Position numbers and translations under genes: made by a program
Notes under the pieces: generated by a model
Told to the model about the DNA's origin: nothing
Databases searched by the model: none
What the model saw: only the letters and a program-made list of their open reading frames with translations
Assembly (NCBI GenBank): GCA_946965045.2
Contig: OX337235.1
Span: forward strand, 2,046,001-2,110,000
DNA length: 64,000 nucleotides
Source: Epithemia pelagica
Lineage: Eukaryota; Protista; Bacillariophyta
Reading direction: 5' to 3'
In this document: positions 19,081 to 30,938 of the stretch, piece by piece
How the letters are laid out: every line of letters begins with the position of its first letter
How positions within the stretch are numbered: position 1 is the stretch's first letter

Positions 19081-20361
19081 CTAGTACGTTTCTTTGAAAT
19101 ACCGCACCCAATCATCCATGCATGCATGAATGACCTCTCGCCATCCCTGCTTGTGTACAAAGGCCTCCAGCAGGGGTCGTGTTTGAGATTGATCGGAATG
19201 TTGAATCTCAAAATTGGTGGCTTCATAGGGTTCCCCCACTTCACAGGTTCCATCAAAGTCTGGAAAGTTTAAAATCCCATGTGCGTCGTGACCATTGGTC
19301 GAATCTTCAAACTCCCATTCTAGTTTGAGTATGAGTTCGTAGATATATCGCTTTTTGCCCCGTACCGTCGCCACACTGGCATGTCCAGACACGGTAGCCT
19401 TGCGCGTTCGAACAATGGCATCGGGAGCTGGAGAGGAGGCTGGAAAGGTGTATGACACAGCCATTAAACGAGCTTGCAAGGAATCAATGGCCCATGTGCT
19501 TACATCCTTTTCTTCCCAGGTGCCCGCCTTGTTCCATGCCGATGTCCCATCCGCCCCATTGGTGGAAGTAGAGGCTGGCTGATCGTTGGCCGATAGCTTT
19601 TTGGGTGCAATGTCTCCAATGAGTTTTGCTGCCTCTTCTGACAATTCATTGTGAAAATACGACGTCTTTTTGCCGTTGACAATCTTGTATCCCTTGACAT
19701 GCTCTGATTTTGTAAAGGAAGTGTCGCCGTCGGTTTCGACTTGCATTGGTTCGGCAGTGTTTGTCTTTGGTTTGGAAGTTTTAGCCGCAGAAGACGTTGT
19801 CTTGGTCGGTGGAGGTGTCGTTTCCATGGGCTCCGTCGTTTCAGCTTGTTTCGCTGCAGCTTCTTCTGCTTCTTTGGCTGCTTTTACAGCCTTTTCCTCG
19901 AGACTGGCCAGTTCTTTGTTCAAGGCCTTATTGTTCGGTTCAAGCTTTTGTGCCTGTTTTAATGCTTCCACAGCTTTACTGTATTTTTTCAGTGCCGATT
20001 GCGCTTGACCCAATCTCCACCAGCCCTTGGTATAGGAAGGATCCAAGGCAGTCGCTTGCGTTCCATGTTCCTCCGATTCCTTCCAATGATTCATTTTGCC
20101 CTGTACCAAGGCCAAATTGGCATGCAGAATCGCTGCTGTTTTGTTTTGCTCCGATGCGGTGAAAGACACTGTGGGAGAACAGCATTCGAGCGCCTTCTTG
20201 TACAACAGTTGGGCATCGGGCCATTGTCCCGCTTGTACCGCCGATCGGCCTCGATTCTTCAATTCTTCCAACAAACGAGCCTTGCCCTCGTCCGAATCGG
20301 GAATCGGGGCCTCCAGCACATCCTTGTGTGCATTTCCAAACGGACTTGCACCTGTGTTCAT
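19081..20361 (-). CDS. TPR-repeat + Aha1 N-terminal domain protein (Hsp90 co-chaperone-like)
   Basis: Three TPRs (LKNRGRSAVQAGQWPDAQLLYKKAL; ...KGWWRLGQAQSALKKY) and SAWNKAGTWEEKDVSTWA with RGKKRYIYE. Start set at MNTGASPF (20361). Confidence 0.85.
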   Translation of the reverse strand: MNTGASPFGNAHKDVLEAPIPDSDEGKARLLEELKNRGRSAVQAGQWPDAQLLYKKALECCSPTVSFTASEQNKTAAILHANLALVQGKMNHWKESEEHGTQATALDPSYTKGWWRLGQAQSALKKYSKAVEALKQAQKLEPNNKALNKELASLEEKAVKAAKEAEEAAAKQAETTEPMETTPPPTKTTSSAAKTSKPKTNTAEPMQVETDGDTSFTKSEHVKGYKIVNGKKTSYFHNELSEEAAKLIGDIAPKKLSANDQPASTSTNGADGTSAWNKAGTWEEKDVSTWAIDSLQARLMAVSYTFPASSPAPDAIVRTRKATVSGHASVATVRGKKRYIYELILKLEWEFEDSTNGHDAHGILNFPDFDGTCEVGEPYEATNFEIQHSDQSQTRPLLEAFVHKQGWREVIHACMDDWVRYFKETY

Positions 20362-21097
20362 GATTTCCAGTCTGGTATTCAAGTTTGGAAAGTCGTACCA
20401 CAACGTGGAGCAACACGATGAAACGATTGTCTCTTGGTGAATGGTAGAAAGAGAGGTGTGACGACGACTCAAACGAATGGGTGGCGAATGGCGAACACAA
20501 ACGAAAAAAGAAAAAACCGGGAGTGGCGTGGGTATCTCGCATATCGGTCGCATATCAAAGCAAGATCCGAAGAATCTGGCCAATGAACCATGACCATCAA
20601 CGGCAACAGTACTTGGTTACCGACCATGTGGGTATCTCTGTCCCTTCACCATGGCGAATGGCAGTACTGGCCCATCATCGAACCGGCACAGTTCCATTTC
20701 CTATCCGTATTCCATCTTTTCCATTCCCAGAGATCTTCTCCTCCACACTTTCCCGTTTTTTTTCGTCTTCCGGAATATTGGCGACCAAACCTATTATCTG
20801 CGATTGAGAAAAGTGAAAAACTGACGACCCAGTGGCTGTGCTGGATACTCCTACGTAGAAGTACTTGTCTAGCGTTTCGTCAATGTTGTGACGCGGAGAT
20901 ACAACCTACTCGTATTGTCAACTACCATAGTCGAATTCTATATATCAGTCTATCAGTGGTCGCATGGCTTGGTGTTATAGGGTGCTTGCTCAAGTGGACA
21001 AATTGTATCACTTCAGGTTTCGAAAACTGGAAGGTTTCTGTTGGGAAGTTTGGGTTGATGTCAAGAGAGAACTTTTTCGAGGCTTTCTCTACAACAG

Positions 21098-21445
21098 TCA
21101 CCTGTTCCGGCGCTCTTGCTCGTTCGAGTAGTATGTCGGGTGCACCATTGAAAAGGGCATGTACCTGAGTTGAGTTCGTAGACCTTCGCCCATGTTTTGG
21201 AGGCATCGTTTGGCCTTGGCTCGGCGTTTTTCACGACGGCTACGCTGCCGTTCCTTGTCGTCCTCTGGATTCTCACGGATGCCTCTATTCTTGTGGTCCC
21301 CATTGCCTCGTTGGTGTCTTGTCACTTTGTTGTCGTCTACGGTCAAATCATCCGATGAATAGTCATGTGTCTCGTGGTCCGATACAGTAATAACTTGGAT
21401 ACCAATGGAGTTTCGTTGTTCAGAAGACTTTAGAGTTGCACTCAT
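21098..21445 (-). CDS. Small hypothetical protein with a basic C-terminal stretch
   Basis: ATG ORF MSATLKSSEQ...RREKRRAKAKR...; no family recognised. Confidence 0.35.
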   Translation of the reverse strand: MSATLKSSEQRNSIGIQVITVSDHETHDYSSDDLTVDDNKVTRHQRGNGDHKNRGIRENPEDDKERQRSRREKRRAKAKRCLQNMGEGLRTQLRYMPFSMVHPTYYSNEQERRNR

Positions 21446-23228
21446 CGTGAAAAATTTCAAGGTGTTTCTCTTCGATTGTGTTTTGATTTTGCTTCGTTTC
21501 TCGTCGTTTTTTGTGAGGACAAAGCTGTGCGCAGATTCTGGTTTGCGGTCGTGTGTGAATTCGATGAACCGGAGCAAGACCAAGACCATATCCAACATTC
21601 GAAACACACTTGCACATGGAGAACTCACAACTCACCCCCTACAAGATTCCTTCCTGGGCTTATCAAATCTCTGCATGTCGCATGTCGCCAGAAAAATCCG
21701 AGTAGATCGCAAATCGACACCTTTTGCTGCCCTCTTCACAACACAATCCAACATCCAACAGGTTGTTGTTTGTAAGATCGTGGACAGGTGGCAAAGTGAA
21801 ACTGAGAGCGATACCACGATCCTATACGAATACGTGGTCGAAGGTTCGAAGTGCGAACAGTGATGATGTTGTTTCAAACAACAGCAGTTGAAGCGTTCCA
21901 TCTTTTCCAAAGATTTGAAACCCATGCTCTTCGTCATCTGTGTAAGCTGCAGCGTCATAAGCTCCTATACTCATGAATGGACCAGATCAGCAAAGACCTC
22001 GAGATTACAACGCGAAAGCGCTACCTACGCTATCGTTAGCGCCTACTCCTCCATATTGTCCTAAGAATATGTCCTCGAGATAAGACTCTTCGTCAGCAGT
22101 TTTACCAAGTGACGAGATGATTGTAACAAGAGCAAGAAAGGAGCATACAATCACCAACTGGGGGATATATATTGGGAGAAAATTTGACTTCGGTCACTCC
22201 CCAGTCTCGCACGTGGGATCTAATACGGAAGGAACCATGACTATTGCTTCTGCCAATGAAAAGAGTTGATTGACTTCATTTCCGTTGCTTTGTTGTCAAT
22301 ATCGGAGTAATTGTCTCTCTGTCACAGAGCAAAGCTTGCGACTGTCCTTGGTATGTTGACCATGTTCATGACACTTGCCTCCGTTGCATACGTCGAAATG
22401 ATTGCTACTTGAAAAACCATATCCACTGATACTGTCCGAGCTTATTTTGCGCGTCAACCGATGATGTCAATCAGAGCTACATGTTAGTGGCTTTGAATAT
22501 CTCATCTCTGAAAGAGGAAGAAATTCGCGTCTTATATCACACATTAATCTCGTTCAGGTGTGTTATCAAAAATCGCAGAACTTGGGAACTTGCTTCAAGA
22601 GTGAAAACGTTTTCAGTGCAGCCCTTTTGGTTGTCAAGACTCAATGCCAAACCATCATTTTTACATGGCCACGAAGTTTATCAGTTCCCAGCTTTAAATG
22701 AAATCCTGCATCATTTCTTCCATCAGAACGAAGCATGCTGGTAATAGCAAAGCGAAGGGATCATTTGACAGTATTTACGGGCGACTAGATTGGAGTGCGG
22801 TCATTTGACAATTTTGCATGCATAGCTATGCTAGGCTACCCATAAGAATTGAACGGGGTGAACCCAGCGACGCCCAATCACGTAACGCGAAGCCGTTACG
22901 CGGTCGACGTGTTGTTCGCTTTCGACGAATCTTTTTTGTGTCGTTGTATATCTCTCTGCTTCTTCACTTCTAATTAGCAGAGGACAGTGTTTCGAAGCGA
23001 TTATCATACCTATAGTTCTGTTATTGCTTGGGAAACCGACAAGTGCAGAAGCTGAACGAGGTGAGTAGAAGATTGATCCTTGAGATCGAGCCCTGATGCC
23101 TTTAGGTGTCTGTCGGGTAATGATATGAAAATCTGCAATTTCTTATCCTTGGTTATGTTGCACAGCCATCTCAAACAGGCTCACAATAACCGAAAACACG
23201 GCATCTCTGGGCTCGTACTGTATTTAAA

Positions 23229-25452
23229 ATGAACTCGCCTCAGCGTGCGTCGGAGGAGAAAATCAGTTCTCCTGGTCGATCTGCTCAAACTAAGGACGGC
23301 ACTGTTGCGACAAACGGTTCCGACGATGCGACTGTACCTCAATCAGGAAGCAACAAAAACAGTTCGTCGTCCAACAAAAACTCAAGTAAAAGGAAAAAGA
23401 AACGCTTCTCACCTGATATGAGTACGATGTCGACAGAGGAGAAATTGGCTGCAGTCCGTCAACAGTTTGAGGATGAGAAACAGGGGAAATTACAGCTTTT
23501 TCGGGCATTTCAAAGCGTATCCCATGAATTAGGCAGAACACGGGATGACCTAGCGCGAGCGCTCGATGAGTCTGCACCCTTAATGGAGCAACGTGAATAT
23601 GCGGACCGGAATTGGTACGATGGTGGTCTATGGAGAGCGCCATCTGTGCTACCTGGAGTGTATTCACAATCATTTCGGGCATCGCGACTCCGGGAAGTCA
23701 TATCATTGGCAGATTTGTTTTTTGGATTGACGATTGTAACTGCCTTTACACGAGTGGGCGTTGCCATTTCCACTGCAGGTTTTGTCGACCTCCATAGCTT
23801 GCTCTATTTTGCAGTGTTTTGGACCGTGTCGGGCAAAGAAGCAAGTTATAGCACTCGCTTCGACACGACGGATCTGTCGGCTAACGCCGTAACTCTGGTC
23901 ACATGTTTTGCGGTTCTTTTCGCATCTCTCTCTGTCCAACAGCCAATAAATTCTGTCGATGGGAACCGTATCATGATCATGGCCGCCTTTGTGGCAGCCT
24001 TACACATTTTACTGTATATGCGTGTTCTCTTTATGACGGAGGGACTGCGAGATGGTGCCGACAGTGACCTACGAAACCAATCGGGTGAGAACACCGCCGG
24101 CAGTAACAATGAAACTCCGGCTAGCACCACGCAGCAATCCGCTTTTAACGGCTCTCCAGGAAAGCAATCGGAATTTATGGGTCTACAAAACAATCGCAAC
24201 AGCAACGACGAAGATGACGGAAACGCTCAGGAAGCCTTTGACAGTTCCCTGAGTGATGATATCCGAAAATTTGCTGTCTACAACATTGTCATGGGATTCT
24301 TTGAACTTGTTGTTTGGGTAATTGGAGTTGTTGTCTTCCCAGCAGACTGGCCGCATCGATGGGGGCTCTTTCTGGCAGGTGTAGTACTTGCATTCCGTGT
24401 GCCAATGGTCTTCCTTCAAAGTGACTTTTATGGTATGTTTTCGCTTGACCTAAGGAACTGGAATCACGCCGGTCTGACTGATCTTGTTTGCTTTCTACGC
24501 AGCCTCCTGTTCCAAACGAGGCGTTTTATTTACTCTCCTATTGGGGTTTCTGCTTCAGAGTATAGTTGTGGTGGCAAGCGAATTCTTTTCGTACCAGACG
24601 CCTGATTTCGAAAACTACTGTTTTGTAGGAGCCTCATGCTTAATGCTTTTCTGTATGAAGCTGCTGTATCTCGATGATGCGGATGTTCCAGCAGAGGATC
24701 ATGCCTCTAAAATCAATCGAGTAACATCTTTCTTCTTTAACGTGGGTCAGTTTGCATTGATGCTGAGCACAACTATCTTGGGTTCTGGCCTTAATCTCTT
24801 GACTCATGACTACTTGTCCGCAACACAAGCATTGCCTGGACCGTCCAAAAGTCTGGTATGCGGAGGATTCTCTGCCGTGCTGTGTTCTACCTTCTTTATC
24901 AAGTCGTTGCACTTGAGACGAGTTCCTGCCCAAGGGGTGGGTCAATGCCTTTTCATTACAGCCTACCTGATCCAATCATCAATTCTTCTCGCAGTGGTGG
25001 GAGTATCAGCTGCAATGGCTGTGGGGAACGACAATGGTTTATTGGGGATTCTAATACAGAGCGACATTCTACTACTTGTCGCCCTGAGCGGCGCAGCACT
25101 AGTGATTGTGTTCATGCACTGGCTCGACGAAGGGGTTGAACTCGCGTTGTACGGTACGGCAGAAACAGGTCGGTCGTACCGAGTGCATCCTTTTGGTATC
25201 TGGTGGTGCGTAAGACCGGGTGAATCAGAGGTTTATGAGTTGGGAGAACCCGCCTCTGCAGGCGGAGCCCAGGGGTTTTCTGGTCTGGAAGAGAGGGGTG
25301 GTGGTATGGGTTCATCACTGCTCATGTCACCTTCCGGTAGCAGTTCGGGCCTGGTAGATAGCTCACCGTCCATGATGTCACCTCTCATGGGCGGGTCATT
25401 CCAAAGAGATTACAAGTCAACAACACCAATTGCGACAGGTGAATTTGTTTAG
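23229..25452 (+). CDS. LtrA-like (low temperature requirement A) multi-pass membrane protein, 2 exons
   Basis: LADLFFGLTIV, YSTRFDTTD and many TM helices. GT-AG intron 24433-24502 joins ...DFY to ASCSKRGVLFTLLLG. Confidence 0.8.
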
Positions 25453-25612
25453 CGGGTGCAGATGAGTTGATGGACGATAACCTTTCTCAGAAATTATTAA
25501 ACCATCTGTAGGCTCTGTGGAGTCTATTCTCAGCAGTCTCCTCTCTCCATGAAGGTTGTATGTCACAATTGGTTGTGTTTCTCTCTGGAGGAGAGTGAGA
25601 TATCGTTCGTGC

Positions 25613-26023
25613 TTAATCTGATTTCTTGTTCATGACGGCAGCCGAATCCTCCACCCGTTCCATTGCTGCCTTCAGTGCTCCACTGCTGGACGAGCTTCCA
25701 GGTGAACCTGATGTTCCGTAACGTTGCTTCATTGTTCGGTATTTCTTGAGTTGGATAACGCCAACCATTTCCTTCACCATTCGTCGTCCTCGGTAGACGG
25801 CGCGCAAGAGTTCTTCGTGGCAATCTCCTGACAGTTGACTGGTGTCTCCCGTCAATGAAGAGAGAGATTCTAAGGGAGATCCGTCTTTGTTATAACAAGA
25901 TGGACAGTTTTGCGTGTTCCGCAGGGCATTCTTCCAGGCTTGTTTGACGTGGTCAATTCCAGTCGGATAATCGTGACCAACATGAAGCACCCTTTTGTAA
26001 AGATTTCTCACAAACGGATGCAT
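25613..26023 (-). CDS. LYRM5: LYR-motif protein, LYRM5/ETFRF1-like
   Basis: NLYKRVLHVGHDYP and ...QLKKYRTMKQRY match the LYRM5 termini. Confidence 0.8.
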   Translation of the reverse strand: MHPFVRNLYKRVLHVGHDYPTGIDHVKQAWKNALRNTQNCPSCYNKDGSPLESLSSLTGDTSQLSGDCHEELLRAVYRGRRMVKEMVGVIQLKKYRTMKQRYGTSGSPGSSSSSGALKAAMERVEDSAAVMNKKSD

Positions 26024-26618
26024 TTCTTTGTCTTACACTGAACTTTTTATAAATGGATGCGAGTCCAGTCTTTTGCGTGGCTCTTTCAAGAGGAGAAGAG
26101 GGGGATAGATTGAAGCGACGAAAATCATACCATGGTCACTGGTCACGTTGGGCGAGGCAAATACGTAATACAGCGACCCATAAGCGATACATATGCGTTA
26201 AGCCCTAAATGCTAGGAGTATTACCCCATCATGTAATGTCATCGTTGACGTTGCTCCAGTTATCATCAGAATGGACAATGAAGCCAAAGAAATGTTGTGT
26301 GGTAGCAGTAATTTTATGCAATGCTTCTGTCTAGATGCCATCAGATGTTGGTGATGAGGGGACACTCTTAGGAGTATGTTATTGGAGGTCGACGATGGAA
26401 CTCCTCATCATTTTTTGCCATGCGTAGTATTGACGAAACAGGCGCCAGGGGATACTGAACATCAGTTCATTCGCGATGCTTTTGTTTACATTTCATTTTT
26501 CACCGCATGGAACTGATCCAGATCTGGTTGAGGTTTGTATTACTCGAATCTTGAGTGCGAATGTGATCTTGTCAGGTGGCGACAAGAAAGAATGACAAGT
26601 GCTTTTGATTACCTGCAA

Positions 26619-27812
26619 TCACACAAGAAGATCATCGTCCGGTGGATTCTTGTTCCTGTCGGATGCGCCTCCATCTTCTCCACCATTAGCACTTCCATTG
26701 GTGGAGGGCGGTGAGGAGTCGCCATTGCTATTCTTGCTATCCGCGTTTTGACGCAGTTGATCATCCCACATTTGTAAAAGCAATTTATTGGGGTCTTGTT
26801 CTTCTCCATTGGGTCGCAAAGGTTGGTTCGACAAGGAAGAAGTGTTACTTGTTGCGTCCGTGTCCGTGTTGCCAGGCATTTGGCTTACAACTGTCCAGAA
26901 CCCAACTCCTCCCAGCATGGCCGTACCCAGCAAGATCAAACCCCAATCGGGCCCATTGACTTGTGGAGAATCTGATAAATCTCGTATGATAGATGACGAA
27001 GCGGGTAGATTGGAAGGAGAGGATGTGACGAGAGCAAAGAGAGATGGCTCATCACGAGCGCCGACTGTCAAAATGGTTCCCAAGGCCAAAGAGGCAACAA
27101 AACAAAAGAGATCTACCAACACAACCGAGTCCGTGATTCCTTCCAAAGTTGTTTCGTCATTAGAACTGGAATCCCTTGAGGGCACTTGTGCAAGTGGATT
27201 CGCTTCACCGTTGATTCGCACTGGTTCTTGTTTCGATGATGAAAAGATGGAAACATCTTGTTGTTGTTGCCGTGGTTCAGAGCCATTATTGTCCAAGGAA
27301 ATATCGTCATCTTGAAATATCTGTTGGACAAGAAGAAAAGAACCAATATACAAGGCCACGGACATGAACAGTTGTGGTGCTGGTGCCCATCGCGCCAAGG
27401 TAAGCCACACCAAGACAAACCCTGGAGGTGGTAGAAGGAGTGACAGTGGACTGACGCTGCCATCTTCTTTGGATGGACGGACAAACAAGGCAATGACTTG
27501 ATCGACTGCAGCAAAGATTCCATTCACAACCAGGCCACCATCATTTTCCTTATTATCGATATTATTGTTCTTGGAAGGTTGTTTGATGCTGTCATTGTCG
27601 TCCCAGCCGTACAACACCAAAGAAGGGCGTTTCCAAGGTTGATTGATGACGCACAAGGGGCATTCGCGAATCGTTGAAGGGTATTTTTCAGATAGTGTAA
27701 GGAGATCATTTCGAGCAAAGCCATGCACTCCTCTCGGCACGCATGCAATTGCCAGCACGACGAGAAACAAGGTATTACAACCCCTGAGGAAAGACGATCG
27801 CAATGGCGTCAT
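26619..27812 (-). CDS. Hypothetical membrane protein with probable plastid bipartite signal
   Basis: Signal peptide ending VHG|F followed by several hydrophobic helices. Confidence 0.6.
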   Translation of the reverse strand: MTPLRSSFLRGCNTLFLVVLAIACVPRGVHGFARNDLLTLSEKYPSTIRECPLCVINQPWKRPSLVLYGWDDNDSIKQPSKNNNIDNKENDGGLVVNGIFAAVDQVIALFVRPSKEDGSVSPLSLLLPPPGFVLVWLTLARWAPAPQLFMSVALYIGSFLLVQQIFQDDDISLDNNGSEPRQQQQDVSIFSSSKQEPVRINGEANPLAQVPSRDSSSNDETTLEGITDSVVLVDLFCFVASLALGTILTVGARDEPSLFALVTSSPSNLPASSSIIRDLSDSPQVNGPDWGLILLGTAMLGGVGFWTVVSQMPGNTDTDATSNTSSLSNQPLRPNGEEQDPNKLLLQMWDDQLRQNADSKNSNGDSSPPSTNGSANGGEDGGASDRNKNPPDDDLLV

Positions 27813-28194
27813 TCTGGTTCCGCTCTTTTTCGTAAGGTTCTCCATGTGTGGACGTTGATAATGATTGAGTCCTTTGTCGGAGATTCAAACCAGTTGACGG
27901 AATGTAATAGAAAGAAAAAATACTTCTGTTGAAACAACCCAAAGATACCAAAATGCCATGGGATGAAGTACAGACGTGGCACGAAAGAAGTAACGCCCCA
28001 GCCCTCATAGTCAATATATATCAAAATAAAATATTGAATAATTGCTTTTTGTAACTTTGGAGAGTACATGTCGAAACTAAATGCGTCCACCGCGATCTTG
28101 GAGTTGGTCGGCGAGAGGAAGATTTGCATTGCGAATTGCGAGACAGCCGTCTCTTGTCTTGTCTGTACAACTAGCTTGTTTGTCTCTCACGACA

Positions 28195-29298
28195 ATGGCG
28201 ACTACCGAACACGCAGCCGATGAGGCAGGAGGTGAGGTGATTTATTCGTATGATGGAGATGAACAACCTGCTGTCGTGACACAAGCACCACCATTGCCGG
28301 CAAGTGCAACCTCCAACGATGATCCAGGGGTTACCGCGCCGCAAGCCTTTGAAACCTTTGCTGGAAAAGTCTATGCACCGACATCATTTGTTGGTGCCTT
28401 TTCGTCTTCCAAAGGAGAAACGGCTCTGGAACGTTTGGGACGGTTGCAACAAGAAATTCAACAAATGGAACAAGACTTGTCCTTGACCACTGCTTCCGCA
28501 TCGGGAGGCTCTGCGGCCGATGCCGCTTCGGGTGGAAAGAATGACAAAGAATTGGATGATGTGCAATCCAATTTACTATTATCGGTTCAGGAAATGAAAT
28601 TGCGATTGGCTCGTGTTGCAGTCATTCCTCCGCAAGAAACCTTGACCACCAACATTCAAACAGCCGCCACCGCTTTGCAATCTCCGTCCAAAGGAGGAGG
28701 AGGAGGCGATGCTTCTTTCTCACTAGATCCGAAAGCAATGGGTGAAAGTACCATGACGGCATTGGTATCACGTTTGCAGCGGTTGGAACGATTAACGGGT
28801 GCCAACACTGTTTCATCGGGCAATGACTCGGTCTCCTTCCTGGAGCGATTGACGTCTTTGGAAGAAACCCTGTCCAAAGTCGATGAAAAAGAATTGGAGA
28901 CCCGGGCCAAAAAGGCCAAGGTGATTCGACAAGATTTGGAAGCCGCCGCGAAAGCGCGAAATAAACTCATGGCGAACACCAGTAGTACTGGAACGACCTC
29001 GACGGCCGCTTCCGATGCCAAGATCATTTCCGGTTTGCACGATCAATTGGTACAACTGCATGGTCTGACTCCTCATTTACCGCTCTTGGCACAGCGATTG
29101 CAAGCATTGGCACGACAACATCAAGAAGCAGCTTTGCAGGCCTCGCAGTTGCAGGCCACCCAAGAAATGGCCGAACAATTGGTTCAACAAGTGGGCCAAT
29201 TGGAACAAGCCGTAGAAACGACAGAAACCGCAATGCAACAAGCTGCGCAACAAATGGCACAAAATATGCAAGCACTTGACGCACGATTTCCAAAGTAA
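28195..29298 (+). CDS. DCTN2: Dynactin subunit 2 (p50/dynamitin)-like
   Basis: ETALERLGRLQQEIQQM, SRLQRLERL and LPLLAQRLQAL, with long coiled coils. Start MATTEH at 28195. Confidence 0.75.
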   Translation: MATTEHAADEAGGEVIYSYDGDEQPAVVTQAPPLPASATSNDDPGVTAPQAFETFAGKVYAPTSFVGAFSSSKGETALERLGRLQQEIQQMEQDLSLTTASASGGSAADAASGGKNDKELDDVQSNLLLSVQEMKLRLARVAVIPPQETLTTNIQTAATALQSPSKGGGGGDASFSLDPKAMGESTMTALVSRLQRLERLTGANTVSSGNDSVSFLERLTSLEETLSKVDEKELETRAKKAKVIRQDLEAAAKARNKLMANTSSTGTTSTAASDAKIISGLHDQLVQLHGLTPHLPLLAQRLQALARQHQEAALQASQLQATQEMAEQLVQQVGQLEQAVETTETAMQQAAQQMAQNMQALDARFPK

Positions 29299-29594
29299 AC
29301 TATTGTAGAGGAAGAGTGGTGTGGAAAATCAACAGTTCTATTAATATAAGGGTGACAAGTTGAAACTATTTTGCGCATTGATCAGAGACTAAATTAGGGA
29401 TGAGATAATCCTGACATGTGACAGAAATGACGATTATTTATTAACGTTGAAATTGATTGGTTTGTTACTTTTTCCCCCTTGGTCACTCCTGGAGCAACAT
29501 AGTTTTACACTTCTAACAGAACTAAGAAATCGATCGAGGCTTTGTCTCCCCTAATCACAGCGAATACTCTCGATATTGTTCTTCCTTTCAGTGG

Positions 29595-30938
29595 TTAGGC
29601 ATGACCACGGACTGCATACGAGGATCTTGCAGCACGAGTCGGAGACCTCTTCCGAAAATCAACAAAGATTGTCGTCGGTTGTTGTGGCTCTGGACTGTAT
29701 CTTGACACTGTCCGGAATCTCTCAACGGGTGACGCGTCACTCTCCGTGGAGCTCGTCTCTTCACTACTACTGTCATCTGAATCGGAATCATACTCGGAAT
29801 CTTCGTCATGATCCGAGCCCGCACCATATTCATTTGACTCGCTGTGATGGTCATGGATGTTTTGACCACAATTTCCCTCGAGGCTTGCCGTATCGTCAAA
29901 GTCAAATTTTGGCTGCCATGGACCTTCTTGACGAGCCTTGGTATGGTGCTTACTTGGCTCACAGTTCTGTTCAACATTTTCCCATTCATTGTTGCTAAAA
30001 GGCGTCCATGGAACATTGGGCGTGGAAAGCGCATTCATCGTACCCGATGAAGTTTCTTCATGAAAGTCGACCGCATCAAAATCAAACTTGGGAGTCCATG
30101 GGTTTTCGGAATGGATCGGTTTGACCTTGGTTACATTGGTTGTGGGTACGGAGACTTGTCGAGACGCATGCTTCACTTTTGTGCGGGTTTGAATCTTTCG
30201 AGGGACGGGTGGGTACAAGGCAGGTGTCTCACATTCTGGAACCAGCACGTTTTCCAGAGTTCGACTAGGATACCTCCCTAGTCTTGAAGCAAGGCCAAGA
30301 TGGTGATCCGCGCACAGGTCTTGAATCGCATCCAATGTCGGTTGATCTCGATCCCGGTCTTGGCGATACGGAACATTGAATTGCAGGTGTGGCTTGGTTT
30401 GTGAGCGAGGGCTGCTTGAAAACTGCATATTCAATAGCAATCCATCAGGAAACGAGCGGGAAGATGTCGCAGCCGAAATCTCGGACAAGGTTTCACTAGC
30501 AGACACCGTTGTCAAAGTGTCCCTTGCACTACTATCGCTGGGAGGAAGCTTTCTTCGTCTCCGACTTGAGTCTTTTTCCAGCTGAAGAGTGGGGCTTTTG
30601 GTCTCTTGGCTGTCCCAAACCGTATTCCCAAAGCGACGACCAGAGATTAGAGTGGGAGAAGACAGTGCTACAGGAGATCGTTGTTCCTCCATATTCCAAT
30701 CTCGTTTTTTGACAGTGTCAATGGATCTGCTGTGGCGATCCATATGCTTTTGCGATGAAGTGCTGGTTGTAAAATCCGCTATGAAATCGTCCGCAATGAG
30801 ATTCGAGCGCCGCGGTTGGCGAGACGAACTTGGAGCAATCGAACGTGGTGGTGCTAACTGCACCATGCGGAAATTTTCCCGCTCTCTCTGGCCATCCTCA
30901 GGTTCCTTCCTTTCGCAGCACCCTCGAAAGACCTTCAT
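29595..30938 (-). CDS. Hypothetical disordered protein with repeated PW-x-P-(K)F motifs
   Basis: 447-aa ATG ORF with N-terminal GCC, PWTPKFDFD / PWTPF / PWQPKFDFD and an acidic tract. Confidence 0.55.
   Translation of the reverse strand: MKVFRGCCERKEPEDGQRERENFRMVQLAPPRSIAPSSSRQPRRSNLIADDFIADFTTSTSSQKHMDRHSRSIDTVKKRDWNMEEQRSPVALSSPTLISGRRFGNTVWDSQETKSPTLQLEKDSSRRRRKLPPSDSSARDTLTTVSASETLSEISAATSSRSFPDGLLLNMQFSSSPRSQTKPHLQFNVPYRQDRDRDQPTLDAIQDLCADHHLGLASRLGRYPSRTLENVLVPECETPALYPPVPRKIQTRTKVKHASRQVSVPTTNVTKVKPIHSENPWTPKFDFDAVDFHEETSSGTMNALSTPNVPWTPFSNNEWENVEQNCEPSKHHTKARQEGPWQPKFDFDDTASLEGNCGQNIHDHHSESNEYGAGSDHDEDSEYDSDSDDSSSEETSSTESDASPVERFRTVSRYSPEPQQPTTIFVDFRKRSPTRAARSSYAVRGHA

Noticed and set aside
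21632-21958. 108-aa minus-strand ORF with Cys/His runs
   Set aside because: No recognisable domain or splice connection to neighbouring ORFs.
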